Shown in pieces: positions 53,125 through 64,000 of a stretch of 64,000 nucleotides of DNA; the stretch's first letter is position 1, and every line of letters begins with the position of its first letter. The stretch is from Octopus bimaculoides (taxonomy: Eukaryota): positions 49,957,174 through 50,021,173 of the forward strand of contig NC_068982.1 of NCBI RefSeq assembly GCF_001194135.2. Reading direction: 5' to 3'. Under the pieces are notes generated by a model. That model did no database searches. It was given only the letters and a program-made list of their open reading frames with translations, and was not told the origin of the DNA. The position numbers and the translations under genes were made by a program.

Positions 53125-54720
53125 ATTTTTTATCTTTTACTTGTCTCAATCATTAGACTATGGTCATGCTGGGGCACTGCCTAGAAGAATTTTTAGTTGA
53201 ATGATCGAATCCCAGTACTTAATTTTGTCAAGTCTGGTACTTATTCTATCTGTCACTTTTGCCAAACTGTTAAGTCACATGGACATAAACACACCAACAC
53301 CAGTTGTTAAGCAGTGGTGTGGGGATGGAAACACACACACACACACACACACTGGGGGCATCCCATAAATAATGTGTTTTTTTAATACTTCTTTTATTTT
53401 TGAAAACTAAGATAATAAAGTTTTTTTTTAATTTAAAATATACTCTCCATTATTTTCTACAATGCTCTTCCATCTATTGGGTAGACTTGCAAGGCCCCTC
53501 TTCCAAAATTCTCTTGTCCATAGTGAAAAATACTCCTCCAGAACTGTTCTCATCTCATCTACAGAATTCATATTTTTCCTGTCTAAATTATTTGGAAGAC
53601 TGTAGAATAAATGATAATCAGATGGGGCAATGTCCAGTTAATATGGTGGGTGGGGCATTGTTTCTCATTCAAACTGCTCCAGCCGTTGGAATATCATCCT
53701 CACTGTATATGGATGAACATTATCTTGATGGAAGAACACCTTTCGTCTTGAAACCAAAGATGGTCGTTTTCCTTCTAGTGCTGATTTAAGCCACTGAAGC
53801 AGCTTGCAATAGATCTCCTTTGTTATCATTTGGTTGGGTTTAAAAGTTTAAAGAGGACTAAACCTTTCATATCCCCCAAACAGATAACAAGACTTTACAT
53901 GGAAAAAGGCCTTCTTTAGCCTGGGGTGCCGGTGTTTCTCCTTACCCTACCGACTGTCTTCAGTGCTTGACATTTTTATAGAGAAAGCATTTCTCATCAC
54001 CATTCACTATCCAGTCCAAAAAAGGTTCATTCATGAGACATGACAGCAAAGAGCACACATTCACTCGATGAATTGGTTGAGTGACCAAATCCAAGCTTCT
54101 CTGTTAGTTATTCAACAGTTACGATGGGATTTTGTTCCACCAGGGTTTGCAGGATGTCTTCATCAAGCTCTACAGATCTTCCAGGATAAGGTTCGTCTTC
54201 TAGGCTGTAGTTTCTGACTCCGAATTTCTAGAACCACTGTTGAAACTGGCTTATGCTTATTGTCTGATCCCCATATACTGCATTAATATTCCTTGCACTT
54301 TTTGTTGCATTGTTGCCTTTACTCAACTTATAAAAGCAAAATATACTAAGTATGCTCCTTTGTCACTACCATTATAGCTTCGAAAAAGTAACTGTTAAAA
54401 TCGAACTGCTCTCTTCAAAACTTGCACTAAGAATAAATACAAGGTAAAAGTACCACTTGCTTTTATAGTAAGTTGATGCAGGTAGTTTATCCCATCCCCC
54501 TCTGACTTTTAGCCCATGCAATTGAAAAAAAACTGCATTATTTATGGCACGACCCAATATATGATGGGCTTCTTTCAGTTTCTGTCTACCAACTCCACTC
54601 ACAAGGCTTTGGTTGGCCCGAAGCTATTGTAGAAGACATTTTCCCAAGGAGCCACAAAGTGGGACAGAACCTGGGACCATGTGATTAGGAAGTAAGCTTT
54701 TTGCCACACCACACTTGCGC
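53125..54720 (-). mobile_element. SINE family A copy split by the mariner insertion
   Basis: 3' half at 53125-53351 ends in a CA tract; the 5' half resumes at 54560 (atgatgggcttctttcagtttctgtctacc...). Confidence 0.85.
53352..54557 (-). mobile_element. Near full-length decayed mariner (~1.2 kb) with terminal inverted repeats
   Basis: Left end ctgggggcatcccataaataatg versus right-end reverse complement ttgggtcgtgccataaataatg; TA after the right end. Minus translation: FLDWIVNGDEKC, KVLLSVWGDMKG, FHQDNVHPYT, HPPY*LDIAPSDYHLF, LASLPNRWKSIVENNGEY. Confidence 0.92.
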
Positions 54721-55245
54721 CTATTTAGTGTAAGGTTGTTGTTTTTTGTCGTTTTTTTTTTTCGTCTAGAAATGACCTGGGATTTAAACAATGTCTGCAC
54801 CTTTTTCCTCTTTATTCTACAATCCTAAGAAACTTACTATCTCGTTCTTCTATGTTTATACAATTTCCAAAACTTCAATTTCTGATAAATTTCATACTGC
54901 CAACATCAGATGAAAAACAGTTACTAATGAGCTACAGTGAACAACAGTCAATACATCAATTGTTAATGTAAGAGACAATGCTATCACAATACCTATTATA
55001 TATGAAAAGAGGAAGGGAAACATAATTGATGTAAGAAAATTTATGTGATGAGAGAGGGGGGAATAAAGCATCCTTGATTATTCTATGTTTGCTTTCTGCA
55101 AAGAGACGCACTAATCAATTAGCTCTATTTTCTTTTTGTCTGTTCTTGTCATTGTTTCATTTCAGTATCTTTTGCAATGCATACACACACACACACATAT
55201 CTATAAATGTATGTAATGTGTGTAAATACATATATTGAGTGTGTA

Positions 55246-55249
<4 letters not shown>

Positions 55250-55285
<36 letters not shown>

Positions 55286-55680
55286 AAGTAAATCAACACG
55301 AAACACACAACTTGGCAAAGTATTGCAGTTGACTGCTGCAGCTTTTTTTGTGAAGGGAGATAAAGAACAAGTGTTCGCCGTGAGTTAATTCCCTTGCTGG
55401 TTGCTAAGTAATTCGCTGTTTAATTAACCCACTTAGTTTTTTTTTTTGTTGTTTTATATTGATCGAGAGAAACTATTATTCCTCGGGCCCCCACCCTCGA
55501 AATATCTTCCACTTTAAGTTGGCCGTGAAAATAAATAAGTCATTAAATAAATAGCAAAGAATCTATTAAAACCCAAGGAATGGTGACGATAATATATATA
55601 TGAACGTACGCATATGTGTATGTGTCTGCGTGCCGTGAATACAAGAGACCTGTAGCCTATGTTACGCTTTTAAATAAACA
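55250..55680 (+). promoter_or_regulatory. Possible promoter or non-coding first exon region
   Basis: (GA)n tract, then 14 CpGs counted in 55261-55680 versus 4 in 54721-55260; consensus donor CC|gtgagt at 55380; not a recognised repeat. Confidence 0.3.
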
Positions 55681-55788
55681 ACACAAACAAAAGAGTAGTC
55701 ATTCATTTAATATATTTTTCTCCTGGTTATCCTACCAACTATTTAACCGTTTTGAATGCATGTCGTGTGTGCGTGTGTGAATGTGTGT

Positions 55789-55859
<71 letters not shown>

Positions 55860-57595
55860 CATACATACATACATACACACAACACCCTTCAATTATTGTA
55901 TTTGGTTTGCAAGATTCTTGATGTGAGTTCGCGTGTTGAAACTCCCAAGACATAACAAAATGTATGTATGTATGTATGTATGTATGTATGTATGTATGTA
56001 TGTATGTATGTATGAACAGACAGACAGACATATAGAGAGTGAAGGGAGGGCTTCCAAGTCAATGCAGTAGTCTCATCCCGCTAGAAACAACAGCCGAAAN
56101 NNNNNNNNNNNNNNNNNNNNNNNNNNNNNNNNNNNNNNNNNNNNNNNNNNNNNNNNNNNNNNNNNNNNNNNNNNNNNNNNNNNNNNNNNNNNNNNNNNNN
56201 NNNNNNNNNNNNNNNNNNNNNNNNNNNNNNNNNNNNNNNNNNNNNNNNNNNNNNNNNNNNNNNNNNNNNNNNNNNNNNNNNNNNNNNNNNNNNNNNNNNN
56301 NNNNNNNNNNNNNNNNNNNNNNNNNNNNNNNNNNNNNNNNNNNNNNNNNNNNNNNNNNNNNNNNNNNNNNNNNNNNNNNNNNNNNNNNNNNNNNNNNNNN
56401 NNNNNNNNNNNNNNNNNNNNNNNNNNNNNNNNNNNNNNNNNNNNNNNNNNNNNNNNNNNNNNNNNNNNNNNNNNNNNNNNNNNNNNNNNNNNNNNNNNNN
56501 NNNNNNNNNNNNNNNNNNNNNNNNNNNNNNNNNNNNNNNNNNNNNNNNNNNNNNNNNNNNNNNNNNNNNNNNNNNNNNNNNNNNNNNNNNNNNNNNNNNN
56601 NNNNNNNNNNNNNNNNNNNNNNNNNNNNNNNNNNCTTAGCCGCAATTTCTAGCAGACCATGCGCTCACATAAAGGTCATTCAATCGCCAATAGCTAGCCC
56701 GTTCATGCTTGGCACATTTTTTGAGCATGATGTTTTTTTCCTCTTCTCCCCGCCCCCTTCCCCGCTCACTTCAGGATTGAAAAACAAACAACGAGATATA
56801 AAATACTGAATGAGTTATTGACTGGATATTGATTGGAATTTTCATTTCTGATTGTGGCACCTGTTACTGCTATCAATGTTGGCAGATAGGGTAACAAGGA
56901 AAGGATCATGCTAGGTTTCAGAACAGCTCATTATTTTGTGTGTGTGTGTGTGTGTGTGTGTCCATTATTTTGTGCGTATGTGTCTGTGTTCGTGTCCATT
57001 ATTTTGTACCTGTGTGTGTGTGTGTGAAAGAGAGGAGGGCAAGAAGTGGAGGGGTATATTAGAGAAAGACGGTGAGAGGGAAGAGGAGGAGTGTTAGATA
57101 GAGAGTGAGTGAAAGAGGGACATGGGGAACAAGTGTTAGAAAGAAAGAGTGTAAGTATGAGTGTAAGAGAGAGGGAGGGGAGAGGCATTAGAGAGAAAGT
57201 AAGTATGAGAGAAAAAGCAAGAGGGTGTGTATATGTGAGTGAAAGAGGAAAAGAGAGAGCAAGTGTGCCTGTGAGTGTTTATAACATAAGATGACAACCT
57301 ATTCTGAGTATTACTCTTGGCTGGGCTGCTCACAAATTTCATAAACAGCCCAGCCAATGTGGACGGTCAACTTTTGATAAGGTAAACATCCTGTATTATC
57401 TTGTAATCTTGAGATTCTGATCAGGAGAGTGTTTATCTTTAAAATGACATTTTGGAGTAGGTTTGAGAAGCCAAATCTGGCCAGTTTGAACATAGAGCAA
57501 GTAGAATATTTTGGCTAGATATAACCAGTTTGAAAGCTACAGGGTTAAGCTGACAAGACAGTTTCTGTGTGGTCATTTGAGCTGCTAGAAACAGC

Positions 57596-58435
57596 GGATC
57601 TTTGTGATTTGATGGGCAACACTTGTTTTCTTAACGAAACACTTTCAAACTTGGGACACTGGTAGAATGTGTCATACAAAACAACTTTTTCTCTTAGCCT
57701 TCTTAACAAAAAAATGTACATCGCAAGTTATTTCATGTTAAAGTTGTCGTATTTCTGTAATTTCAACCAATCACTGATGTCTATTCAGCTGAATACAATC
57801 AGTGCTGGCCGGTCATAAAAATGTTATTCCCTGTGACATATTTCATCCAGTTTAATCGTAATTTATACGCATATATTGTTTATATAATAAATTACGCTGT
57901 GCGTATCTGTGTGTGTATATTTTTCCCATAACCGCACTCATAACCCTAACCCTAACNNNNNNNNNNNNNNNNNNNNNNNNNNNNNNNNNNNNNNNNNNNN
58001 NNNNNNNNNNNNNNNNNNNNNNNNNNNNNNNNNNNNNNNNNNNNNNNNNNNNNNNNNNNNNNNNNNNNNNNNNNNNNNNNNNNNNNNNNNNNNNNNNNNN
58101 NNNNNNNNNNNNNNNNNNNNNNNNNNNNNNNNNNNNNAAGTATTTTGATGGCTTTTTCCCCTTTGTTTACGAACAGTCTAGTTAATTGGAAATGTCAGAA
58201 CTAACGGGGATTAATACCATATACACCGTCACAGCAGTTACTGTATTCAACTGAATAGATGTCAGTGATTAGTTGAAATTATCGAAATAAGACAATTTTT
58301 AATGTGAAATAACTTCGAATACAAAATTTATTATCTGTTCTATACCACAAAATATACAAGTATACGAAGTTTGAAAGTGTTTCGGTACCAAAAACACTAC
58401 ATAAAAAAATGTTGCCCGTCAAATCACAAAGGTCC
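57596..58435. mobile_element. Non-autonomous DNA transposon (Merlin-like MITE): ~200-bp imperfect TIRs, 8-bp TSD, internal (TAACCC)n
   Basis: Left ggatctttgtgatttgatgggcaaca versus right reverse complement ggacctttgtgatttgacgggcaaca. gaaacagc is duplicated at 57588-57595 and 58436-58443. taaccctaaccctaac runs into the gap at 57957. Confidence 0.8.
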
Positions 58436-59279
58436 GAAACAGCAGCCAAACCCTGCCACCTTAGAAAAGACAACATTGGATAATGTAGTCCTGAGTTCCT
58501 TTACATAGGAAAAGAAAGATGGTCATAGTTATAATGCTTTGATAATAGGTCAGCTTGATGAGAGCTGACCTGGTGTCAGCAAAAACAATGAGCAGCACTG
58601 AATAACAATACCCACCAGGTTGGGATGGAATGGAGCTTGCAAACTTAGACAAGGAAAAGATGCAACTGTATTCATCATAAAGTGCAGGAACTAAAATTTG
58701 CTTAGTAGGTGCAAAATCAGGATGTTCGAAGTATTTTCATTGCACCCAAAAAATTTTAGAGGGTGTACTTGCAACCCTTGCACCTCCTGGTCTCAAGCTG
58801 ATGGTGATAATAAAAAAATACAAGAGATGAAATGGTATGTATATGCATGTGTGTGCATGGACAAGTATGAATGTGCAAGTATACATAAGCATGTGTGTAT
58901 GTGCAAGTGTACATAAGCATATATGCATGTGCAATTGTGCGCATGTGTGTATATATGCAAGTGCACATGTGCATGTGTGTGCGCATTGCAAGTGCACATA
59001 TGCATGTGTGCAAGTGTACATAATCATATGTGCAAGAATACATAATCGTGTGTGCAAGTGTACATAATTATGTGTGTGCAAGTGTACGTATGCATGTGTG
59101 TGTGTGTACTGACAAGTTTTTGCCAGTTCTTCCAATGGAGTTTTGAAAGAAGAGATGGAACGCATATGCTATCCAGAATGAACAGCACCTTAATGTGGGC
59201 AGCGCTTGAAGTTTATTTTGCAGAAAATGGTTGAGCGCTAAATAGTTAGCTGATTTGAAGGACTGAATTCAAAGAGAAA

Positions 59280-59640
59280 ATGCTTTTGTGCGGTAAGAAT
59301 ATATAAGGTAGTTGCCTTGATGAAGCATTAGAGTTCCTCAGCATGACACATTTTTTTTTGCAGGACATGTCAAAAACATGCAAGAGCCACAAGAAAATCA
59401 CAAGAGAACTCAAATTCATTATCTCTCCCTACACAAAAAGTGAATTCATAGATCTCTGCAGAGAATCTATGCAAATGAAAATCATTGATGAGATTCAAAA
59501 TGCCAAATATTATTCAAGCACTGTCGATGTCATTCCAGCTGATTCAAAAAAGAAACAAGCTCCTAGAGTTATTCAGTATGTAAAGCTTGTAGATATGTTT
59601 GACATTTCTAACTGAAGAACAGTTTCATTTTATTTGATAC
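59280..59640 (+). mobile_element. hAT-type transposase fragment (ZMYM1/DUF4371-like)
   Basis: SEFIDLCRESMQMKIIDEIQNAKYYSSTVDVIPADSKKKQAPRVIQYV resembles the hAT pattern NEFI..I.EEIK.AKYFSII.D.TPD.SH.EQ...IRYV. Confidence 0.65.
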
Positions 59641-59974
59641 CATATTTACTGGCATACAAATCAGAAATCAGCATATAATATTTAGCATAAACATGTAGTA
59701 TAAGCATTCAAACAATCCTGCCACATTTCACATGGAATTTTTGGCCCTTCAAAGTCCTTTTCACACATAAGTTGATCAAGCTTTTTTGACTGTCACTTTT
59801 GGTCTGAAAATTTAGACCTGTATGCCTGTATGGTAAAACATGGTAACTCCTCAAAGAAAACTATGAAACTATCACTCGAGTACAAAATAGTTTATAGAAG
59901 ATTTTTTAAAGTTGGATCTTCAAGTTTGTTATGAAGAAACTTAATAGACAAATATTTTTATAAGGTAAGTTGTT

Positions 59975-60400
59975 GTTGGCACTCTGTCGCTTATGACGTC
60001 GAGGGTTCCAGTTGATCCGATCAACGGAACAGCCTGCTCGTGAAATTAATGTGCAAGTGGCTGAGCACTCCACAGACACGTGTACCCTTAACGTAGTTCT
60101 CGAGGATATTCAGCATGACACAGTGTGACAAGGCTGGCCGTTTGAANNNNNNNNNNNNNNNNNNNNNNNNNNNNNNNNNNNNNNNNNNNNTACAGGCACA
60201 ACAGAAACAGGAAGTAAAAGTGAGAGAAAGTTGTGGTGAAAGAGTACAGCAGGGTTCCCCACCATCCCCTGCCGGAGCCTCATGGAGCTTTAGGTGTTTT
60301 CGCTCAATAAACACTCACAATATTCGGTCTGGGAATCGAAACCGTGATCCTATGATTGCAAGTCCGCTGCCCTAACCACTGGGCTATTGCGCCTCCACTT
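59975..60400 (-). mobile_element. tRNA-derived SINE with family-C tail but a different body
   Basis: Reverse complement gives head ggcgcaatagcccagtggttagggcagcggact..ggtttcgattcc, a distinct middle, a short gap, then the family-C tail. Confidence 0.75.
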
Positions 60401-61148
60401 TACAAGATATAATAGAGTGTAAACAACTTTACAAGAGCTAATTGCACTCCATTGAACCATTACAGCTGTTACAGCTGAGGGGTAACTGTAAACTACATCT
60501 CGCAGTGGACCCTTGGTTCAAGATTTCCAGGATTTTGAAGAATGTGGAACCATCTCTTAGCCACTACCCTGACCTGGAGTAGTAGCACCTGTCAGGGTCC
60601 CAATTATGGGTTAATTAAGATATTAGGGCTTGCCAACAAATGCATGTGGAAACTGGAATCCAGCAGGCTTTGCAGATGAAACCATGTTTCAAAGAGACGG
60701 AGGAAATGAGGAAGCAGTTGCAGCAATGCATTGTTGAGTGCAGAGAGCAAGACGAGGCAAAATTTAGACACCTTATTCATCAATTGCATCCATCTTCATC
60801 CCCAGACTGAAGATGTGGATGAGAGTAAGGTTGATGGTGCACAACACTTCTTCATTTTTAAGAAAGTCATCACACCAGTCATCAGTCATCTTTATGGATG
60901 ATTAGATAGTCCTCAGATTAATTCCAACATATTAAAAACATGGTTTCTACCATACATTAAACCTCGTTGGTTTGACTGCACTGAATTATATGTGGAAGTA
61001 GTTATTTACTTTGGGACACTTCAAAAACTATACATGTTTAGCAGCAGTCCACAAAGTTTGGCAACTGTAAAGATACATTGCTTTGCTGCTTTGTATGGAA
61101 TATCCAGAACTACATCTTTTCATTCTCACATTAAAACAATTGAAGTTT

Positions 61149-61266
61149 TAATTAAATCAGAGGGATTTCAAATTAGAATAAATGAATTTCAAATTTAAAC
61201 AACTCAATTTCTAATTAAATCAGAGGGATTTCAAATTAGAATAAATGAATTTCAAATTAAAGCAAC
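61149..61266. repeat. 63-bp tandem duplication
   Basis: taattaaatcagagggatttcaaattagaataaatgaatttcaaatt at 61149 and 61212. Confidence 0.9.
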
Positions 61267-61423
61267 TAAACTATGATTGATATAGGTTATATTTTTTACT
61301 TGTTTCAGTCATTGGACTGCAGCCATCTTGGGACACTGCCTTGAAGAGTTTTAGTTGAAGAAATCAAGCCCAGTACTAACTTTTAAGACTACCACTTAAT
61401 CTGTCAAATGGTGGTAGGAAGAG

Positions 61424-61464
<41 letters not shown>

Positions 61465-62237
61465 ATGGACTTCTACAGTTTCCATCTACCAAATTCACTA
61501 ACCATGCATTTATTGACCCAGGGCTATAGTAAAAGACACTTGCCTAAGGTACCACGCAGTGGGACTGAACCAAAAACCACATGGCTACACAGCAAGCTTC
61601 TTGACCACACAGCCAGGCCTGCACCTACATTAAGATCTTAAGCAAGGTGAACATTTCAATGCATTCTGTTGTCATCTTTACAGTTTAAGGTATTGACAAT
61701 GACTCACCAGACGCATCTTGTGACTGAAGCTTGGGATTATACACTTGATGTTGAAAAGGATAATATTAGCAGTCATATGGATGGCATTTAACAAATCTGA
61801 GAGTAACGAATTTCAATTCAGACTGAACTTAAGCTAATACTAGAGAACATCTGAATTCTTCACTAACTATATATCACCAATTCTGTCTAATACCAAGCAT
61901 TACAGAGTGAATGCCTTCTTTGTTATTATCGATTCTATTCACTGTGATCTTGAATAAAGGTCTGAGTAGTTGTGTTTGATTTGTGCCCCACTTTGGATTT
62001 CTTTGGCAGTTCAATAATCTAAGTGACGAAGATTTCCTTTCACCAATTGAACACGCACAGCAACAATATCACAGAAGATGTATTGAAAGAAGTATAGATG
62101 CAGGTGTAGCTGTGAAGTGAGAAGCTTGCTTCCCAACCACATGGTTCTGGGTTCAGTCCCACTGCATGGCACCATGGGCAAGTGACTTCTACTATAGCCT
62201 TAGGTTGATTAAAGCTTTGTGAGTGAATTTGATAGAC

Positions 62238-62273
<36 letters not shown>

Positions 62274-63314
62274 GTTTGTCCATCATCACCACTTGACAAC
62301 CGGTGTTGGTTCCTTTTATCTTTTGTCGGTCATTACCCTTGTTTCGGCCATTAGACTGTGGTCATGCTGGGTCATGTTTTTAGTTGAATGAATTGACCCC
62401 AGTACTTTTTCCTTTTCTTTAAAGCCAGTACTTATTTAATCAGTGCCTTTTGCTAAACTGCTAAGTTACAGAGATGTAAACAAACCAACACCAGTTGTCA
62501 AACACACACACACACACATCTATATATATATATATATATAAATGGCAATTTCTATCTATCTATCTGTCTGTCTGTTACCATCTTAGTGCCTAAACCAGAA
62601 AACCAATATTCACAAAACTTTGCATACACGTTACACTAACATCCAATTCAATAATAGGCTAATTGGATTTCAATAAAAATCTATTATGTACCCTCCAGGG
62701 GCTTTGGGCAAATTGCATGATAAAATGAGAAAGTTACAAAAAGTACATGTCAACAGCAAGGGATATATTATATAGATGAATGTTACAGTTATCACTAAGA
62801 ATGTAGATCAAAAGATTATGTTTTTGGTAAATCTAAAGGGTACTAAAATAACTGCCCAGATTTATCTTTTATTTTTTTACTTGTTTCAGCTATTGGACTG
62901 CAACCATACTAGGGCAGCACTAGTCGAACAGATCAACTCCAGTACTTATATAATATTTTTTAAAACCTGGCCCTTTACTTATTGTGGTGAGGGACAAAGA
63001 CAAACATAAAGACATTCACACACACACACACACTCACATACATATACACACACACATACAACAGGCTTCTTTTAGTTTCCATCTACCAAATTCACTCATA
63101 CTCACAGGCTTTGGTCAGCCTGGGTTTATAGAAGAAAATATTTGCCCAAGGTGCCATGCAGTAGGACTGAACCTGAAACCATATGGTTGGGAAACAAACT
63201 TCCTACCACAGAGAATTTGCATATTTTAAAACAAAGAAATAGGAACACAGTGACTGGGGTAAAATAAAAGTCACTGTGAGGGATTTTCACAGTGACATAC
63301 ACATAATGTGACAT

Positions 63315-63870
63315 GCACAGATTCAGAAAACATCATAACATTCTACAGGCATTTGTGAAATATATATACATACGTGCGAAGACTTGTTGAGGCAAGTGAA
63401 ATCGAACTAAATTCGACGACTGGCATCCGTGCCAATGTCGTCTCCTTCATTGGACACGAAACTCAGCTTGCGAAGACTTATTGGGGCAAGCGAAAGCGAA
63501 ATCGGGATAGCACCTGTGCCCAGTGTTGCCTTTCTGGCACTTGTGCCCGTGACATGTGTAAGGATTTTCGAGCGAGATTGTTGCCAGTGCCCCTAGACTG
63601 GCTCTCGTGTGGGTGGCACATAAAATACACCATTTTGAGCGTGGCCGTTGCCAGTACCGCCTGACTAGCCTTCGTGCGGGTGACACGTAAAAGCACCCAC
63701 TACACTCTCAGAGTGGTTGGCGTTAGGAAGGGCATCCAGCTGTAGAAACTCTGCCAAATCAGATTGGAACCTGGTGTTGCCATCCGGTTTCACCAGTCCT
63801 CAGTCAAATCGTCCAACCCATGCTAGCATGGAAAGCGGACGATGATAATGATGATGATGATGATGATGTG
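63315..63870 (+). mobile_element. Retroposon family D (ggttggcgttaggaagggcatccagctg motif, (GAT)n tail)
   Basis: The 3' ~170 bp is near-identical to 15600-15770 and 45760-45920. Older copies near 2590(-), 11860(+), 15880(+), 23480(-), 37005(-), 45290(-). Confidence 0.85.
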
Positions 63871-64000
63871 TGTGTGTGTGCAGACAAATGTGTATGTGTA
63901 TGTGTAAGTATCTATGAATATGATTGATTGCAGTTCTTGATTTGTGAAGGAGTGAAGATATGGAGTGAACTTCAGAGCTAAGTTTAAACCAACACAAGAA

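Noticed and set aside
57939-57956. True chromosome end
   Set aside because: The hexamers are internal to a TIR element, and 6 kb of ordinary sequence follows.
58737-59165. His/Thr/Cys-rich ORFs (also 42960-43433, 21542-21913, 10629-10913)
   Set aside because: Products of degenerate (TG/CA)n tracts.

Overview
AT-rich, CpG-depleted animal DNA with nine assembly gaps and dense microsatellites. The SINE families look like those of octopus (coleoid cephalopod); this is inferred from recalled repeat sequences, not a search. There are no prokaryote-type genes, and almost every supplied ORF is a microsatellite, gap or chance artefact. The main genic content is a chain of seven short minus-strand exons over about 44 kb (46312 down to 2044). 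They have canonical splice sites and matching phases, and their joined translation resembles the N-terminus of KATNIP/KIAA0556. The introns and flanks hold a Helitron 3' end, two mariner relics, RTE and R4/Dong LINE relics, a hAT fragment, piggyBac-like and Merlin-like MITEs, several tRNA-derived SINE families, minisatellites and a lone near-full-length 5.8S rRNA copy. I see no clearly new biological system. The most notable items are the 5.8S copy fused to a SINE head, a retroelement pile-up at (TAA)n tails, a MITE carrying telomere-type repeats, a foldback inside a mariner, SINE-seeded minisatellites and some unexplained exon-like segments. Repeat boundaries are approximate.
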